64,000 nucleotides of DNA from Eledone cirrhosa (Eukaryota): NCBI GenBank assembly GCA_964016885.1, contig OZ024740.1, positions 143,654,001 to 143,718,000 of the forward strand, given 5' to 3'. Under the pieces are notes generated by a model, which did no database searches, was not told the DNA's origin, and worked only from the letters and a program-made list of their open reading frames with translations. The translations under genes were made by a program, and so were the position numbers. Of this stretch, positions 12,545 to 27,086 are shown piece after piece. Within the stretch, counting starts at the first letter, position 1. The number at the start of each line of letters is the position of its first letter.

Positions 12545-12880
12545 ACATCATCATCATCATTTTACGTCTGCTTTTCTCTGCTTGCAAGGGTGGGACAGGA
12601 ACTGATTCTGGCTTGATTTCTACAGCTGGATGCCCTTCCTAACACCAACCTCATTTACAGTGAGTGCTGGGTGCTTTATTGCCGTGGCACCTCCAAGACC
12701 ACTTTGCAGTGGAATGATATGGACCCCAGTCCCTATCATCTCATTTCTACAGCTGAGTAAACTGGAGCAATATGAAATAAAGTGTCTTGCTCAAGGAAAC
12801 AACACATCACCCAGTCTGAGAATTGAACTCACAACCTTACGATTGCAAGGCCAATACTCTAACCATTAAGCCATGTGCCT
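12545..12880 (-). mobile_element. tRNA-derived SINE with RTE-type 3' tail (family A)
   Basis: Reverse complement of 36294-36592. Box A/B-like head, ccttgagcaagacacttta core, (GAT)n tail. Confidence 0.85.
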
Positions 12881-13504
12881 CCATTACACATGTTTAAATT
12901 TTAGAATATAGGCCTTGTTTTGAGCAAAGTATGAGATTTCTAAAAAAAAACATCCCTAAACTAATAAAAAATGAAAATCTGCAGTTCAAACACAGCATCA
13001 AAGTTTCAAATCCTTTTGAGAGATGTCTGGGAGAAATAGAGACAGATTTACCACAGTATTTAAGTAGTTTATTCTCACCTCCACTCTAGAAGAGAGATTT
13101 TTCAAAGTTCTTTATACGTTCATAGCAGACAGTTCTCCATTTTCCAGTCAGCAGCTAGGGCTTCAAACGAAGTAAGATATGTTCCCTGATTTAAAATTGT
13201 ACTTCAGTTTGTCTTTTTATCTGAATAATAGTCTGCTTACATTACTTGCACCATTATGAAGTTGACTGTATAACAGTACCTTGGGTGTGCTGTCGTCAAT
13301 CATACATAGAACATGACCAGCCCATATATATATATATGTGTATAATCATTGATATATATGTATACTGAACCTTAAGGACATTAAAGCACATGTATATAGA
13401 GTGAGTCTGCAGTGCTGAGACCGGGGAGTCCACTAATCATGAGAGTGTATATATATATATTTATATTTGAAAAGGGAGTAAGGTTCTATACAAAACAGGT
13501 TATA

Positions 13505-14049
<545 letters not shown>

Positions 14050-15252
14050 AGACTAAAGTTCTAGTTTGTAAGAAATAAAATAAGGCGGCGGTCCCTTCCG
14101 GGAAGTGGCCATGCTCAGTGTGTAGGAAAGGCGTAGGTAGAAACTCCATTTTGTGTCCCAAATGCAAAGTATGAGTGCATAAAAGATGTAGTGGGATCAC
14201 AGGTAAGCTAACTAAGAACATAGATTTTACATGCGGCTGGTGCAATAAGTAGCAGCAAGTGCCCACAAAATACTAGCTCTTTCAACTGCGCAGAGGGTTC
14301 TATAGAAATAGTGGACAGCTTCCGTTACCTGGGTGACAAAATCAGCAGTGGGGGAGGGTGCTCTGAAAGTACAGTAGCTAGAGTCAGAACTGGATGGAAA
14401 AAGTTCACAGAGCTTATACCACTATTAGCCGCTAAAGGGTTCTCCCTAAAAATGAAAGGCAGGTTGTACGATGCCTGCATACGAACAGCAATGTTGCATG
14501 GCAGTGAGACCTGGGCATTGTGTGCAGAGGATATACGCAGACTAGAGAGAAACGAAGCTTGCATGCTCCGCTGGATGTGTAATAGTAATATACGTGAACG
14601 GCAAAGCATAAACGAACTAAGGAAAAAATTAGAAATAAGAGGGATCAAATGTTGTTTACTCGAGAGAAGGCTACGTTGGTATGGTCACGTGATGCGCATG
14701 AAGGACGATAGCTGTATAACAAAGTGCAGGGCAATAAAGATAGACGGTAGCCACGGAATAGGCAGACCCAGAAAAACCTGGGACGAGCTGATAAATTCCG
14801 ACCTCACACACTTACACCTCACCAAGACAATGTCACTGGACCGAGACCTTTGGCGGTACTCAGTAATAGAGAAGACTCGCCTTACCTAAATACAAAGTAA
14901 AACCTACTACAGTCAGTAGGCATCTCTAACAAAATACACCCCCACCCCATCCACACCACCCCCTTCAATGTAAAGTTATGTTGGTGCCACAACATCCAGG
15001 CCGAAACAAATGAGATCGTGTAGTGTCACGTCAAAAAACACACAGTTCACGCTGTAATGTGGCCGTGTAGGCAACACGGTAAAAACCTCCCAGCCCCACT
15101 GTAAATGTGGTTGGTGTTAGGAAGGGCATCCAGCTGTAGAAAACCCGCCAGATAGTCCTATGTGAGCAAGATAATCACTCTTGCCTCAAGTGGGAAAACC
15201 CCCGTCCAAACCCATGCAAGCGTGGAACACGGACGTTAAACGTTGATGATGA
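14050..15252 (+). mobile_element. 5'-truncated RTE LINE (PHD-like finger, C-terminal domain, 3' UTR, GAT tail)
   Basis: ORF 14311-14889 with FRYLGD, LHGSETW, RLRWYGHVMRM and GRPRKTW. Confidence 0.92.
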
Positions 15253-16059
15253 TATATATATAATGTGTATGTAGGTACACATTCTTAGTAGACAAGCCAG
15301 TATATTATATACACTCAACCTTAAATATCTTGTCGTTTAAGTGAAGTTTTGCTGAATTTTTGTGACAACACTGGTGTTATATACATTGTTAAAAACAACT
15401 CTTGTATGTCTAAAAGATAAAGTCAAATTATCACAAAAGATACATTCCCTCTAGTACAGAGCCATCCGTGTCTGTAAGAGATTACCAGGGGAAAATATTT
15501 CTTTCGCTACATGTTGATAAAATTATTAGATTAGAGCACAGAAAAAGATCAAAATTCATTTAAAAAATTAGATATATCCATGAGAAAAAAGGAAAGTTTC
15601 CTCTAAACAACAAAAATTAAGTATTAAGCTGGCTGTGCTGTATTTGTCACATCCAAGATGTTGGCATTAATACAGTTAGCCTTCTCTATGTATGCATAAA
15701 TCTAATTATTTACTTCTGAGACTTGTTTCTCCTCTTCCTCTCTTTCCGTTGCATTACCATCTATGTTTGTTTACATGTCTCACTCGTTTCACCCTATTTT
15801 ACGTGTCCCAATAACTTTCTTTAGTTATTGCTCGCACCAACCAGAGGTATATGATCTTTAAAGCGAAGAAATACCAAGTTTGGAAGATCACTGATGAAGG
15901 ACTAATTTTATTCATATGTAACCCATATGCAACCACGCAGCACGCCATTTTTCATATATATATATATATACATATAACATACATATATATACATACATAC
16001 AACATAGATACATACATATACATATGTATATATATATATACACACACGCACACACATAT

Positions 16060-18670
16060 CATCACCGTTTTACGTTGGTTCTTCCACGCTAGCATGGGTT
16101 AGACAGGTTGTCCTGTTGTGAGCAGTGTCTGGTCGGCTGACTTTGTCTTGCTCATATGGGAACTGATTCTGGCTTGATTTCTACAGCTGGATGCCCTTCC
16201 TAACACCAACCTCATTCACAGTGAGTGCTGGGTGCTTTTTTTTCCATGGCACCTACACGTCCACTTTACAGTGTGGGCTGGGTGCTTTTTTGCCGTGGCA
16301 CCTCCACGACCACTTTGCAGTGAGAGGGGGTGGAGGCATATTGTCTATATGCTTCAGCTTCAGCTTGTACCCATGGGATGTCAGGTCTTCTGTATTATTG
16401 CATGATGCCAGAGTTCGCAATTGGGTAAGGTCGGCTTTTATCACCTCATTCCAGATCTTCTTGTGTCTCCCCACTCCGTGGCTTTCATTGACTTCTAGTG
16501 CTCTGCACCTTTTTATGCAGCTGTCATCCTTCATACGCATCACATGTCCATACCAACGCAACCTCCTCCTGCACACAGCATTTGATTCCTCTTATGCTCA
16601 GTCTCTCTCTCAATTCGTTTATGCATATATTACTATTACACATCCATCGGAGCATGCAAGCTTCGTTTCTTTTTAATCTACTACGCAAGTCTTCTATAGA
16701 CAGCGCCCAGGTCTCACTACCATGTAACATTGCTGTTCGTATACACGCATCACACAGTCTGCCTTTCATTTTGAGGGAAAAGCCTTTTACAGCTAGCAGT
16801 GGCAGTAGCTCCCTGAACTTCTTCCATCCCGTTCTTACCCTAGTTATTGTACTTTCCGAACACCCACCTCTGCTGCTAATTCGGTCACCTAGGTAGCAAA
16901 AGCTGTCTACTGTTTCTACAGAGCCCTCCCAGAGTTTGGTGGTGCTTGTTTCCCGTGGTCGCTTGCTGCTTGCTGTCCCAGCACAGCTGCTACATGTGAA
17001 GCCTACATTCTTAGTTAAGCTTCCTGAGATCCCACTACATCTCTTGCGTACCCATTGTTTGCATTTGGGGCAGAGGATGGAGTTCCTACCTACACCTTTC
17101 CTACATACTGAGCAAGGCCATTTCCCTGAGGGGATCTGGGTTCTGTTTTCTCATCTACTTACAAGGACCTTAGTCTTTGTTAGGTTGACTTTGAGACCCT
17201 TTCTTTCTAGTCCCTGCTTCCATGTTTAGAATTTCTTCTCTAGTTCTACCATAGATTCAGCTATAAGTGCAAAGTCATCTGCATATAGGAGTTCCCATGG
17301 GCATCTGGTCTTAAACTCCTCCGTTATTGCCTGCAAAACTAAAATTAACAGGAGAGGGCTAAGAACAGAGCCCTGGTGGACACCAACCTGTATGCTAAAT
17401 TCCTCGCTATAGTCATTGCTAACCGTAACTTTGCTGACTGCTCCCCTTTCACAAGCCATTCATCTACTCCTAGTTTTCTAAGAGCCCACCAGATTATAGC
17501 AAGGGGGACTCTGTCGAAGGCTTTTTCCAGATCGGCGAATGCCAGGTAGAGCGGCTTTTAGCTAGGTAGTTTTCCTGTAACTGCCTCACAAGGAAGAGGG
17601 CATCAGTGGTGCCTTTTCCTGGCACAAAACCAAATTGCATCTCATTTAGTTTTACCCAGTCCCTAATCAACTGTGCTATAACTCTTTCTGTTACTGTCAT
17701 GACCTGGTCCAGCATCTTTATACCTCTATCTAGTGCATCACCTTTACCCTTGTAGCAGTTGACAATGATGCTGCTACACCAATCCTTTGGTATGACACCC
17801 TCTAGTATTACATGGTTAACAATATGTGTGGTTATGGTGTGACCTACCAACCCAGATGCCTTCAGCATCTCGGCTGCTATACCCGATGGACCAGTTGCCT
17901 TCCCATTCTTCATATCTTTGATTGCCTTACTTACTATGCTGCTGCTGACTTGTACTGCTGGCCCCTCTATAGGGTCCACTTAGGGTAGGGTCTCTTTTTC
18001 CCATGCATTCTCCTCATTTAGTAATCTTTCATAATGGCTCTTCCATGCATCTTTCTTCTCAGCACTTGTGAGGGCAAGCTCACCTTTATCATTCTAGATA
18101 CACTTCTCTCCAATGACATCACAATTCTTTCTGACACACTGCCTCGCAATCTTGAACACCTCCTGTTTCTGGTCCTCATGTTGCAAAACATGCTTGAATT
18201 TTCTATCTTCTGCTTCCCTTCTAGCTAAGTATACTTGTCGCCTAGCTTTCCTCCTGGTCTCTATGTAATGTACCCTGCTTCCCCCGTTCTTCCATTCTTT
18301 CCATGCCTGTCTCTTGGCCTTAACTGCCTCATCTACCTTATTGTTCCACCACAAAGTCACTCTCCTCCTCTCTGTGGTCTTGCTCCAACCACAAATCTCA
18401 TCCGTCGCCTTTAGTAAGTTATTTTTTAGGAATTCCCAGTGCTCTACTACATTGAATGTCTCTATCTGTTCTTCTTCGAGTAAAATATCTTTTAATCTGT
18501 TACTGGCTGAGGGGTCTTTCAGCTTCCAGATCTTTCTTCTCCAGGTTGCCTTCTGTTTCCAAGTTCGTCTAGTTCTGACAGTGAAGTCGCTGACAACTAA
18601 GTTATGTTGGGAAGTACATTCCTCACCAGGGAAGGCTTTTGTGTTTACTACCGTCCATTTATCACGTCCT
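16060..18670 (-). mobile_element. Decayed RTE LINE (reverse transcriptase)
   Basis: YKGKGDALD, QFGFVPGKGTTDA, GVHQGSVLSPLL and LLYADD, with stops and frameshifts. Confidence 0.93.
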
Positions 18671-18699
18671 CTCTCTCTCTATATATATATATATATATG

Positions 18700-19935
18700 A
18701 TCATCATCATTTTACATCCGCTTTTCCCTGCTTGCAAGTGTGGGATGGGTCCTCTTCAGCACAGCATCTCTCTATTTGTCACGCTTCTTCGTCATCTCTT
18801 CAGTGAGTTTCAGCGATCTGTGGTCAGCTCTCACCACCCAAACCCACGTTTTTCACGGTCTTCCTTTACTGCGTCTTCCTTCCACTGGGATTACTTGACA
18901 CTTCTTCACTGTCACATGGTCATTCAAACGCAGTTATCTCTCCTGCACACTACAGTTTATTCCTCTTATACACAGTTTCATTCTCAACTCGTCCATGCTT
19001 GGTCGTTCACGCACATTGACATTGCACATCCATCGGAGCATGCTTGCTTCATTTCTCTCCCGCCTTCACATATCCTCCACAGTTGCTGCCCATATCTCAC
19101 TGCCATGTAGCATCACGCATCTCACCCAGGCTTTCATTTGTAGAGAGAAACCCTTCATTGTCAACAGAGGAAGCAGCTCCCTAAACTTCTTCCATCCTGT
19201 CCTTATTCTAGATACTATGGCCTCGGAGCATCCTCCTCTCTTGCTAATTTGCTCATCTAGATATCGGAAGCTATCAACCACCTCTATAGATCCTATCTGC
19301 GTTTGAAAAATGTGCCTATCACTGACACTTCTACTATCAATTTTCCCTGAACATCTACTACATATGTAGTTTTCCTTTCCTGTTATTTTGCCTGCTATCC
19401 CACAAAAAACCTTTTGTGTACCCAAGATCTGCATTATATACATTCTATAGAGTTTATGCCAACTCCTTTTCTACATATCGAACATGGCCATTTTCCTGAT
19501 GGAATCAGAGTTTTGTCCTCTTTCCTACTTATCAATACTTTAGTCTTTGCTAGGTTCACTCTCAGTCCTCTTGATTCCAACTGCTGTTTCCACAGTTAGA
19601 ATTTATTCTCTAGCTCCTCTACTGATTCTGCTATAAATACCAGATTGTCAGCATAGAGAAGTTCCCATGAGCAGCCAGTGTTAAACTCCTCTGTTATCGC
19701 TTGGATAACTATAATGAATAAAAGTGGGCTGAGGACCGAACCCTGATGTACTCCTACTTGTATCTGGAATTCCTCACTAAGCTCCATTCCTACTCTCACT
19801 TCACTGACAGCACCTCTGTACATAGCTTGCACTGTCCTCACAAGCCATTTGCCTATACCTAGTTTCCTTAGAGACCACCAGATGACAGATCAGGGTACTC
19901 TATCAAAGGCTTTCTCTAGGTCAACAAAAGCTAAA
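18700..19935 (-). mobile_element. 5'-truncated RTE LINE, different subfamily
   Basis: GVHQGSVLSPLLF, LLYADNL, FRYLDEQI and LHGSEIW. Confidence 0.9.
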
Positions 19936-19982
<47 letters not shown>

Positions 19983-20062
19983 TTTGTATATGGTTAATTA
20001 TGCTAATTAGAAGAAGAAATGGTATATATTTTAATATCTGATGATTCTAAAGACATGATTTA

Positions 20063-20105
<43 letters not shown>

Positions 20106-20224
20106 CTTCATCATCATCATCGTCATCGTTTAACGTCTATCTTCCACGCTAGCATGGGTTAGACGGGTTTGTCCCACTTGAGGCAAGATTGGTCAGGTGA
20201 CTGTGTCTCGCTCGTATAGAACTG

Positions 20225-21155
20225 TTTCTGGCAGGTTTTCTTTACTGGAATATAGGATGCACTCTAAATTTAATATGAATATCCAGGAAAAATAAAATTA
20301 TGGGCAATTAACACTATTAACGGTATCAAAATTTTAATCACTTTCAAATCTTATAAAATCATGACTACTATCATCCACATTGATTTCCTGGCTGTCACCC
20401 TCGTTTAATTCCTGAAATATATCATCTTCCTTGCATTCCTCAGAGTCATACCTGTTTTCAGAATCACTTGTGTCGCTATATTATACAGAAAATCATCTTC
20501 GGTGCCATCTAGGGGTTGGTAATGCCACATTTTTTGAAAGCTTTTATAACTGTCTCAGTTTTCACAGCTCCCATGAGTTTTTCACCCACTGGGTTACCTG
20601 GGAAAATGTAGGCCTCCTCATACGTTTTTTCGGTGTCAGTTCATGTTGCGAGTGCTTTACCCAATTATCCCATTCCTCTCTCATGTGTGCCTTAAAAGGT
20701 TTGTTTAGTGAAACATCAAGAGGTTGTAATTGAGAAGTCAGATCACCAGGTATAACAGCTATTTAAGAGTTTAAGTTCTTTAACCTCCTTATAGTATTGC
20801 ACGAAATACCGTACAATGCACAAAATTGGTCCCAAACAAGAAGTGATGGTCTTTTGAGTAAAGCATCATGACGCTGTGACCATACTTTATCTAGCCATAA
20901 CTTAATGCCATTTTCGTCCATCCACCCCTTGGAGTGGACATGAATATCAGCTCCTGATGGAAAAGTGTCTTTTGGAAATGTTTTTCTTTTAAATATTAGA
21001 AGTGGTGGCAGTTTTGTCCTATCTACGCAGCAAGTCAATACTACAGTGTAGTGTCTTTTTTCTTGACCAGTTGTTTTAACAGTTATTGTTTTGGTGACTT
21101 TAACATCCGCAGTCCTGTTCAAGGGAACATAAAATGTCAGTGGCACCTCATCATA
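20225..21155 (-). mobile_element. pogo-family DDE transposase fragment
   Basis: DEVPLTF, KTTGQEK, KLPPLLIFK, KGWMD, LLVWDQF and LQPLD motifs. Confidence 0.85.
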
Positions 21156-21187
21156 ATAAACATGAATAATAAAAATAAGACTACTAA

Positions 21188-21380
21188 TTAATTGTTTCTA
21201 CTTTTGACACAAGGCCAGCAATTACCCAGTACATTACTGGTACTTTATTTTATCGACCCCGTAAGGATGAAAGGCAAAGTTAACCTTGGAGGGATTTGAA
21301 CCCAGTCCGTAAAGGGACGTAACTCTATGCTAGAAAGCATGGCATCCGAACCTCTACTGATACTGCCAATCCACTGCCCT
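21188..21380 (-). mobile_element. tRNA-derived SINE with Nin/Deu-like core (family B)
   Basis: Core gcctttcatccttacggggtcgataaaataaagtaccag. Further copies at 30883-31075, 33002-33106, 43345-43527 and 48306-48495. Confidence 0.85.
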
Positions 21381-21389
21381 ATTAATACT

Positions 21390-24300
21390 TCATAGTTGCA
21401 CAAACAACATCGTTTGCAATTCCTTCAGAATGAAAACACAAACAGAGCATATAAATAAATTTACAGTAGAATAACATAACAAATATGTTTTAAATATATA
21501 CATAAATAACATTACAAATGCCTCGGTAACACTAGAAAGGATGATACAATGAAAGATATATTCCTTCAATGCTACAATATTAAAGAAAATGTAAAGGAAG
21601 GGGTGAACAACGGAGCCAACACCAGAGCAAAAGACAGCAACATCGCGAGTACTGGGCAACCTCTCTAATGATTTTTGAGGCAAGCCAGCACACTCGCAGC
21701 GTTGCCTCGGGTGATGGCGAGGCTGATGCGCTGAAACAGCCAAGCACCCTCGCGAGATTCGCCAATCACCTCTATTAGGCGAGCCGCCAGTGAGGAAAGG
21801 AACCTCAAAGTCAGCGGCCTGACTCGCCCAAACGTCTCGAAAGCCACAGGCTGAAAAATATAGCTGGCCGACAGATCAGAGTATTTGAGGGTCTTACTCC
21901 ACTCGGCTGCAGAAGCTGTGGCTCTCATCCTAACCGCAGCATCCAGGATGTGGGAAAGAGCAAAGGAGTCACTAACAGTGACTTCCCAGACAAGACACCT
22001 TACAAACTGATCTGACTGGACGAAGAGGGAGTCGAAGGTGGCCTTTGAACTTATGCTGTCCCAAGCTCTCTGACTTCGACTGTCCTCCACCTTCTCAGGA
22101 AGAGACAAGCCCAGCTCACTCCATTGCTGGAGAGCTTCACCCAACTCCCTGTTGGAACTAGTCCATGTTGGAGAGGAGAGGATGCTGCTCACCAGGGTGG
22201 AGCAAACGTGGGTGGAGGAAAGGAAGCAGGGGAGAGAGAGGGATGAACACTTACGGAGACCAAGACCCCCAAATTGCTTGGGGAACGCAGCCTGGTCGTT
22301 GGACTCCGGAGAGAGTCTAACATTGACCAGACACTCGAGTGTCTCGAAGATTAGGTCGTCGAAGCGTTGGAGGCAGGACGGAAATCTGTGAGAGGGGCTG
22401 ACCCTGAGCAAATACAGAAGCTTAGGAATAGACAAGTAGTTCCTGAGTAAGAAGAAACCTTGATGGGGTTCGATAACTTCGATATTCCTCAGCAGCTGCT
22501 CAAGGCCAACCATCTTCGATTGGAAGGTTGACTCGAAGGCGAGGTCTGTGATTGGGGCTCCTAAGGAGCACCAAGCCAATGGAAGGGAAGGACTCTGTGA
22601 ACAGGTCGATCTGCTGTTGGTGTTGAGAAGCCGGGTGGTTGAGGATCCAGAGCTCACATTTGGAGCTATTGATCTGGAGACCCTGGCCGCCAAGCTCCTC
22701 CACCATCCTGTTGGCAGTGCCGAGAACCATATCCGGAGTTCCCTCCAAACAGGCGTCATCGAGGTACCAGACATTGAGGTCCAACTCAACCCCCATCTTG
22801 GTGACGTCATCAATGCTCAAGAGTGCGGGCCCGAGTGGGTCACCCTGTTGGACTCCTGAGGCAGAGGTGATGATCTGGTCACTGAAAGAGAGGTAGGAGG
22901 GCTCCCGATAAGCCTGCCAAGCAAAGTGGTAGAGTTGTGGGACCCTCTCTCTTACTGAGGCGAGGACGATGTCGCGGCTGACGGAGTTAAAGGCATTCCT
23001 GAGGACAAGTTTGAGGATGACCTTGGGGGACGAGGAGGGCAAGTTGGCAAATTCTCTGGCAGCATGGACACCAGCCTCACATCCCAAGCTGGTACCCACT
23101 CCCAGCTGGATGGGGGAAAATTCCTCTGCCAGTGTGTCGGAGACCAACAGCAAACACGCCTTTGCTGTGAGGCGGCGAAGAGTGCAGCCAACCGCAATGG
23201 GGTGCAGGTCCCCGTTGGGTTGGTGAGACCAAATAGCTTCACACCGAAGAACAGTGGGTGGATGAATGGGAGAACGTTCACTGAAGAGAACTGATTCACA
23301 AACTGAGTCAGACTCTCCAAGGGTTCGAGTCCAACGTCACCGGCCGTTAAGGAAATACTATCCTTGAGGTGTTGAGGATGACGGCCGTCAATTCCCGCGC
23401 CTGACCCAGCTGGGAAGGATGAAATCGCCTTTCTGATGATATCGGTGGTGTAAACCGGTCTCAAGTATTCTGGTGGTTCGAGCCAGTGTAGCTGATCATC
23501 TGGGGCTGCTGATGAGTGCTTCTCTTTCAGTCGCTCAAGAGAATTAGAGTTGCACGGAGCAAGGGAGGACAGAGAAGAGAGGAGACGGACAGTCCCTTTA
23601 ATGTCAAATTCGCTGAATTTGGCATTGACCGCTCGCTTGAGGTCTACCGGTTGTCTGTTGGTGGACAGCGAGCTCAGTGTCGAACTGAGATGAGATGTGG
23701 TTGGGGTGGACTCAAATAGCTGGAACTACCGCTTGAGAGAGGACATGAGGGAACCCAAGTTCGCATTGTGCACGTGAAGAGAGATGAGGGGAAACAAAAA
23801 CAATTTCTGCCAGTCAGACCTATTATTCGATGAGCAAACGTTTTTCAGTAAATTAGAGAGGGCACGTGCAAAGCTATTCCGAGCTCCCTTAGGGATCCGG
23901 TTAACGAGCTTTGATTTGGAGAAGCCCTGGAGGGCTGTGGCAAAGTCGTCAGTAGAGAGTTGGTCATCAAATACGTCGGAGCTGAAGTGGCACCGATTAC
24001 AGGTCCAGTGTTGAAGCCTTTCGGCTTGAGCTTTGGTGATGCCGACACAGCTTCTGTGGTAGCTTGCATGGCATAGGTGACATTTAATTGTCTTTAAGTA
24101 CTGGCTAGTGTGGGCACAGAGAGCGCAATCAGGTGGTGGGTTGGCAACAGCGACAGTAGAGGGCCAGCATTGGAATTCGGTGGAGGGAGTGAGTCAGTAA
24201 AGGAGACAGCAGTGGTTCTAACAGTGGGACTAAATGGAGGTTAGGTGGTGGGCTAACAGTTGTAGGGATGGTGTGGTTGGCCGGGCTGGATTCGTTCGGA

Positions 24301-24880
24301 ATCTGCCGTGAAGGGTAGGTGGGGCCAAGTTAGCTCCTCTCGTGCATGCCGCAGTTGGTGGAGAATGAGAGGTCGGAGGCTGACCATTTGTCACATAGTC
24401 GTTCCACCAAGCAGGTCTCTTGGTCGTTCGACGCATGCCACCGCCACCTAGAGTGGACTAGGTTAAAGTGGTGGCAACTTTAGTAATTGGTAATCGCCGG
24501 TGATAGTTCGGTCGAAACATCGGCCACCGGCGGGTTGAACGAATACCTAGGTGGGCTGTGCACGAGGAGGGATAGAAAGTGGAGAAGGGGTGAGAAGATT
24601 ATGAGTGCGTGGAGATGAGTGTGGTCATGTGAGAGACAGTTAAATACAGTGGGAGAGAAAGAGCACTGAACATGCAAAGAGAAGGAAAATAAAAAGGCTA
24701 GAAATACAAACTCTGAGGCTGTGAGTTTGCGTAATAGTTCGCATGGGTAAATCCGCAGTAAAAACCGAAATTGTGAGTTTGTGTAAAAAATAAAAAAATA
24801 AAAAAAACACATGGGCAAGACTTCAGTAAAATCAAAACCTGAATGATAGTGACACAAGATGTTTACAATTACAGAGTGAT
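21390..24880 (-). mobile_element. CRE-clade non-LTR retrotransposon, near full length with frameshifts (PHD, RT, restriction-like endonuclease)
   Basis: QLGVG..GCEAGVHAAR, NAFNSVSR, GVQQGDPLGP, WYLDD, GGLGLR, FQPVAFETFG and RISLAITRGNAASVL. N-terminal C4HC3 finger. Confidence 0.9.
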
Positions 24881-25688
24881 TACATTACTGGACCTGAATT
24901 CTATCAAGTGGTCAAAGCTTCTAATTCTGTGAAATAGAATGGAAGTCTGGATTGACCTTTCAGTCACACCTGACTATAAATAGATTCAGGTTATTTGAAG
25001 AGGGAGATGGGATGGTGCCATGTGTAATCTCTTCTTGTGAAGCTAGTGGTAGTTCCTCGCCATTTATAATTATTTATTTTTATTTTATATTTGGGGGGTT
25101 TGTATTTGAAAAATTGTAAGTGTATGTTAAGGAGGAATGTATAATTGTGTGATACAATTGCTCCAGGTTGGTTCCCTGCGTTGTTACCACAACCATTCCT
25201 TTAAAATTTTTTTTTTTTCCTCCGAAGATCTGTTGTTCTCCGTCTGAATTTCTGGATTTGTTTTTTTCTTTCCAGCGTGGTGGGGAAAATAAGGTGTTTC
25301 AGATATATACAAGTACAAATTCCAAATATAAAATGACAATAACTTATATATATCAATGTGATTGATTTCTTGTTTTTGGTGGGTAGTCGCACGTGGCTGT
25401 ATGTGTTGCTTATGTTGACTTTGTTTGAAAGTAATCAAGAATTTGGAAGGATTTAATTAAACAACCTCTCCAATATCTAAAAACAGATTTGTTAATTCAC
25501 ATATATATAGTATGTTTAATAATGGAGAGATCCCTGTGGAAATTTCACTAAACTAAAGAATAGTTTTTAATGTGGTGCAGCCATAGTGAGGTTTTTTTTT
25601 TTTCTCTCGTGTATATATTTTTTATGTTGCAGATATATAATCCACATTTTCCAAAATGCAGATTACGATTATAATTCTTATATATATA

Positions 25689-26715
25689 GTGGTAGAACAC
25701 TGGAAGGTAATATCCATAGTGGTAGAGCCCTCAGTCCATGGGACGAGTTAGGTAGAAGTGGTTACACAACAGTTAGTTCACTATACCTAGAACAATTGTT
25801 TCACCTTAGCGGATCCTCAGCTCGTGATGGACATGGTTATACGGAACAGGAAGACAACCGTACGAACGCGCATGTGCAGAAACAATCACTTCACACAGGC
25901 AATACTAAAATGCGTGCGAGAAGTGTAAGGGAGATAACTGCGAAAGTCTGAAAAGTTTCTAGTTGATAAGAAAATTAGGATGTTGTTGTTATTCAATCCG
26001 GAGCTTTGGAGTTATGTAAGAGGTGTTTCGAGACATGTGGACAACGTGTGAAAAATTCATTTCTTGCGTTTAGGAAATCTCTATTGCGTAATCTCTTTAG
26101 AATATTTATTCATTCGTCGATACATAGTCCACATGACGGATTGCCCCTTGCGTATGGCTTGGACTTAGTGATGGCTTTTCATTGAATGGAGTAGTCTATA
26201 CTTGAGTCCTTGAGGGACCACACATGGCTCGCGAGTTTCGTGGATAAACGTCTGTCCGGGTACCTAAAGGTCGACTGGTGGTTCAGGAAGCGTTCCTTAA
26301 ATCGGCCCTCCGCCATACCCACATAGGATTTGACCTCCTGTGGTTGATTTGGTCGGTTGGAAGTGACCACAGCTTCATAAACTACAGCGGGTGTGTTGCA
26401 TTGCTGTTGTAGGGGACAAGCTTCAGGCTTACGGCAAGAGCACCCTGGTGGGGTGTTGCTCTTAGGGCTGTTGGTGATGTGGGCCTTCATGTTCTTAGCG
26501 CAGGAGTATCCTAGTTTTACTTTGTGTCGGTTAAAGATGGGGTGGTATTTATGACCAATGGGAAAGTGTCTATCTAAGAGGGCTAAACATATTTTGCCTA
26601 CATTGGTTTTAACGTTGAGTGAGAAGGGAGGAGAGAACCAGATAGTTTGTCTATTGTTACGCTTTCTTATCTTATGCTGTTGTTGATAGTGGGTGAGTAA
26701 GTGATAGGTTGCGAG
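25689..26715 (-). mobile_element. Penelope-like element 3' part (GIY-YIG endonuclease and 3' repeat)
   Basis: IWFSPPFSLNVKTNVGK, CSCRKPEACPL, VVYEAVVT..YVGMAEGRFKERF. Flanked by TA microsatellite. Confidence 0.9.
25787..25824 (-). ncRNA. Minimal hammerhead ribozyme motif in Penelope 3' repeat
   Basis: Minus strand CGAG-CUGAGGA-UCCGCUAAGGU-GAAAC-AAUU-GUU-CUAG. Palindromic stem III (AACAAUUGUU). Confidence 0.6.
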
Positions 26716-27045
26716 AATATATATATATATATATATACACACATACAGACACACTTCTTTGTCAATTTTTCAAAAAAATTAGATATACTTTCAAAAATTT
26801 AAACACAAGTCTAAATATTTCCTGCTTTTTAATTATAGAATTTTTTCATACAGTAATTACCTAAGCCTGACCTACGCCTTTATAAGATGCACAGTGATTT
26901 TGAGGGGCAAATTTTGAAAAAAAAACAAAATATATATATATATAGAGAGAGAGAGAGGTGGGTAGAACACTGGTGGCTTATATCCACAGTAGTAGAGCAC
27001 TCAGTTCATGGGATGAGTTTGGTAGAAGTAGTGCCACACCATTTC

Positions 27046-27083
27046 TGAGAACAATGTTTCACCTCAAACGGATCATCAGCTCG
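27046..27083 (-). ncRNA. Minimal hammerhead ribozyme motif in a second Penelope 3' repeat (26958-27083)
   Basis: Minus strand CGAG-CUGAUGA-UCCGUUUGAGGU-GAAAC-AUU-GUU-CUC. Region is homologous to 25689-25824. Confidence 0.6.
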
Positions 27084-27086
27084 GTT

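Noticed and set aside
15885-15940. CTGATGA hammerhead-like start (also at ~20038 and ~58181)
   Set aside because: No paired stem II and no downstream GAAA or stem III.
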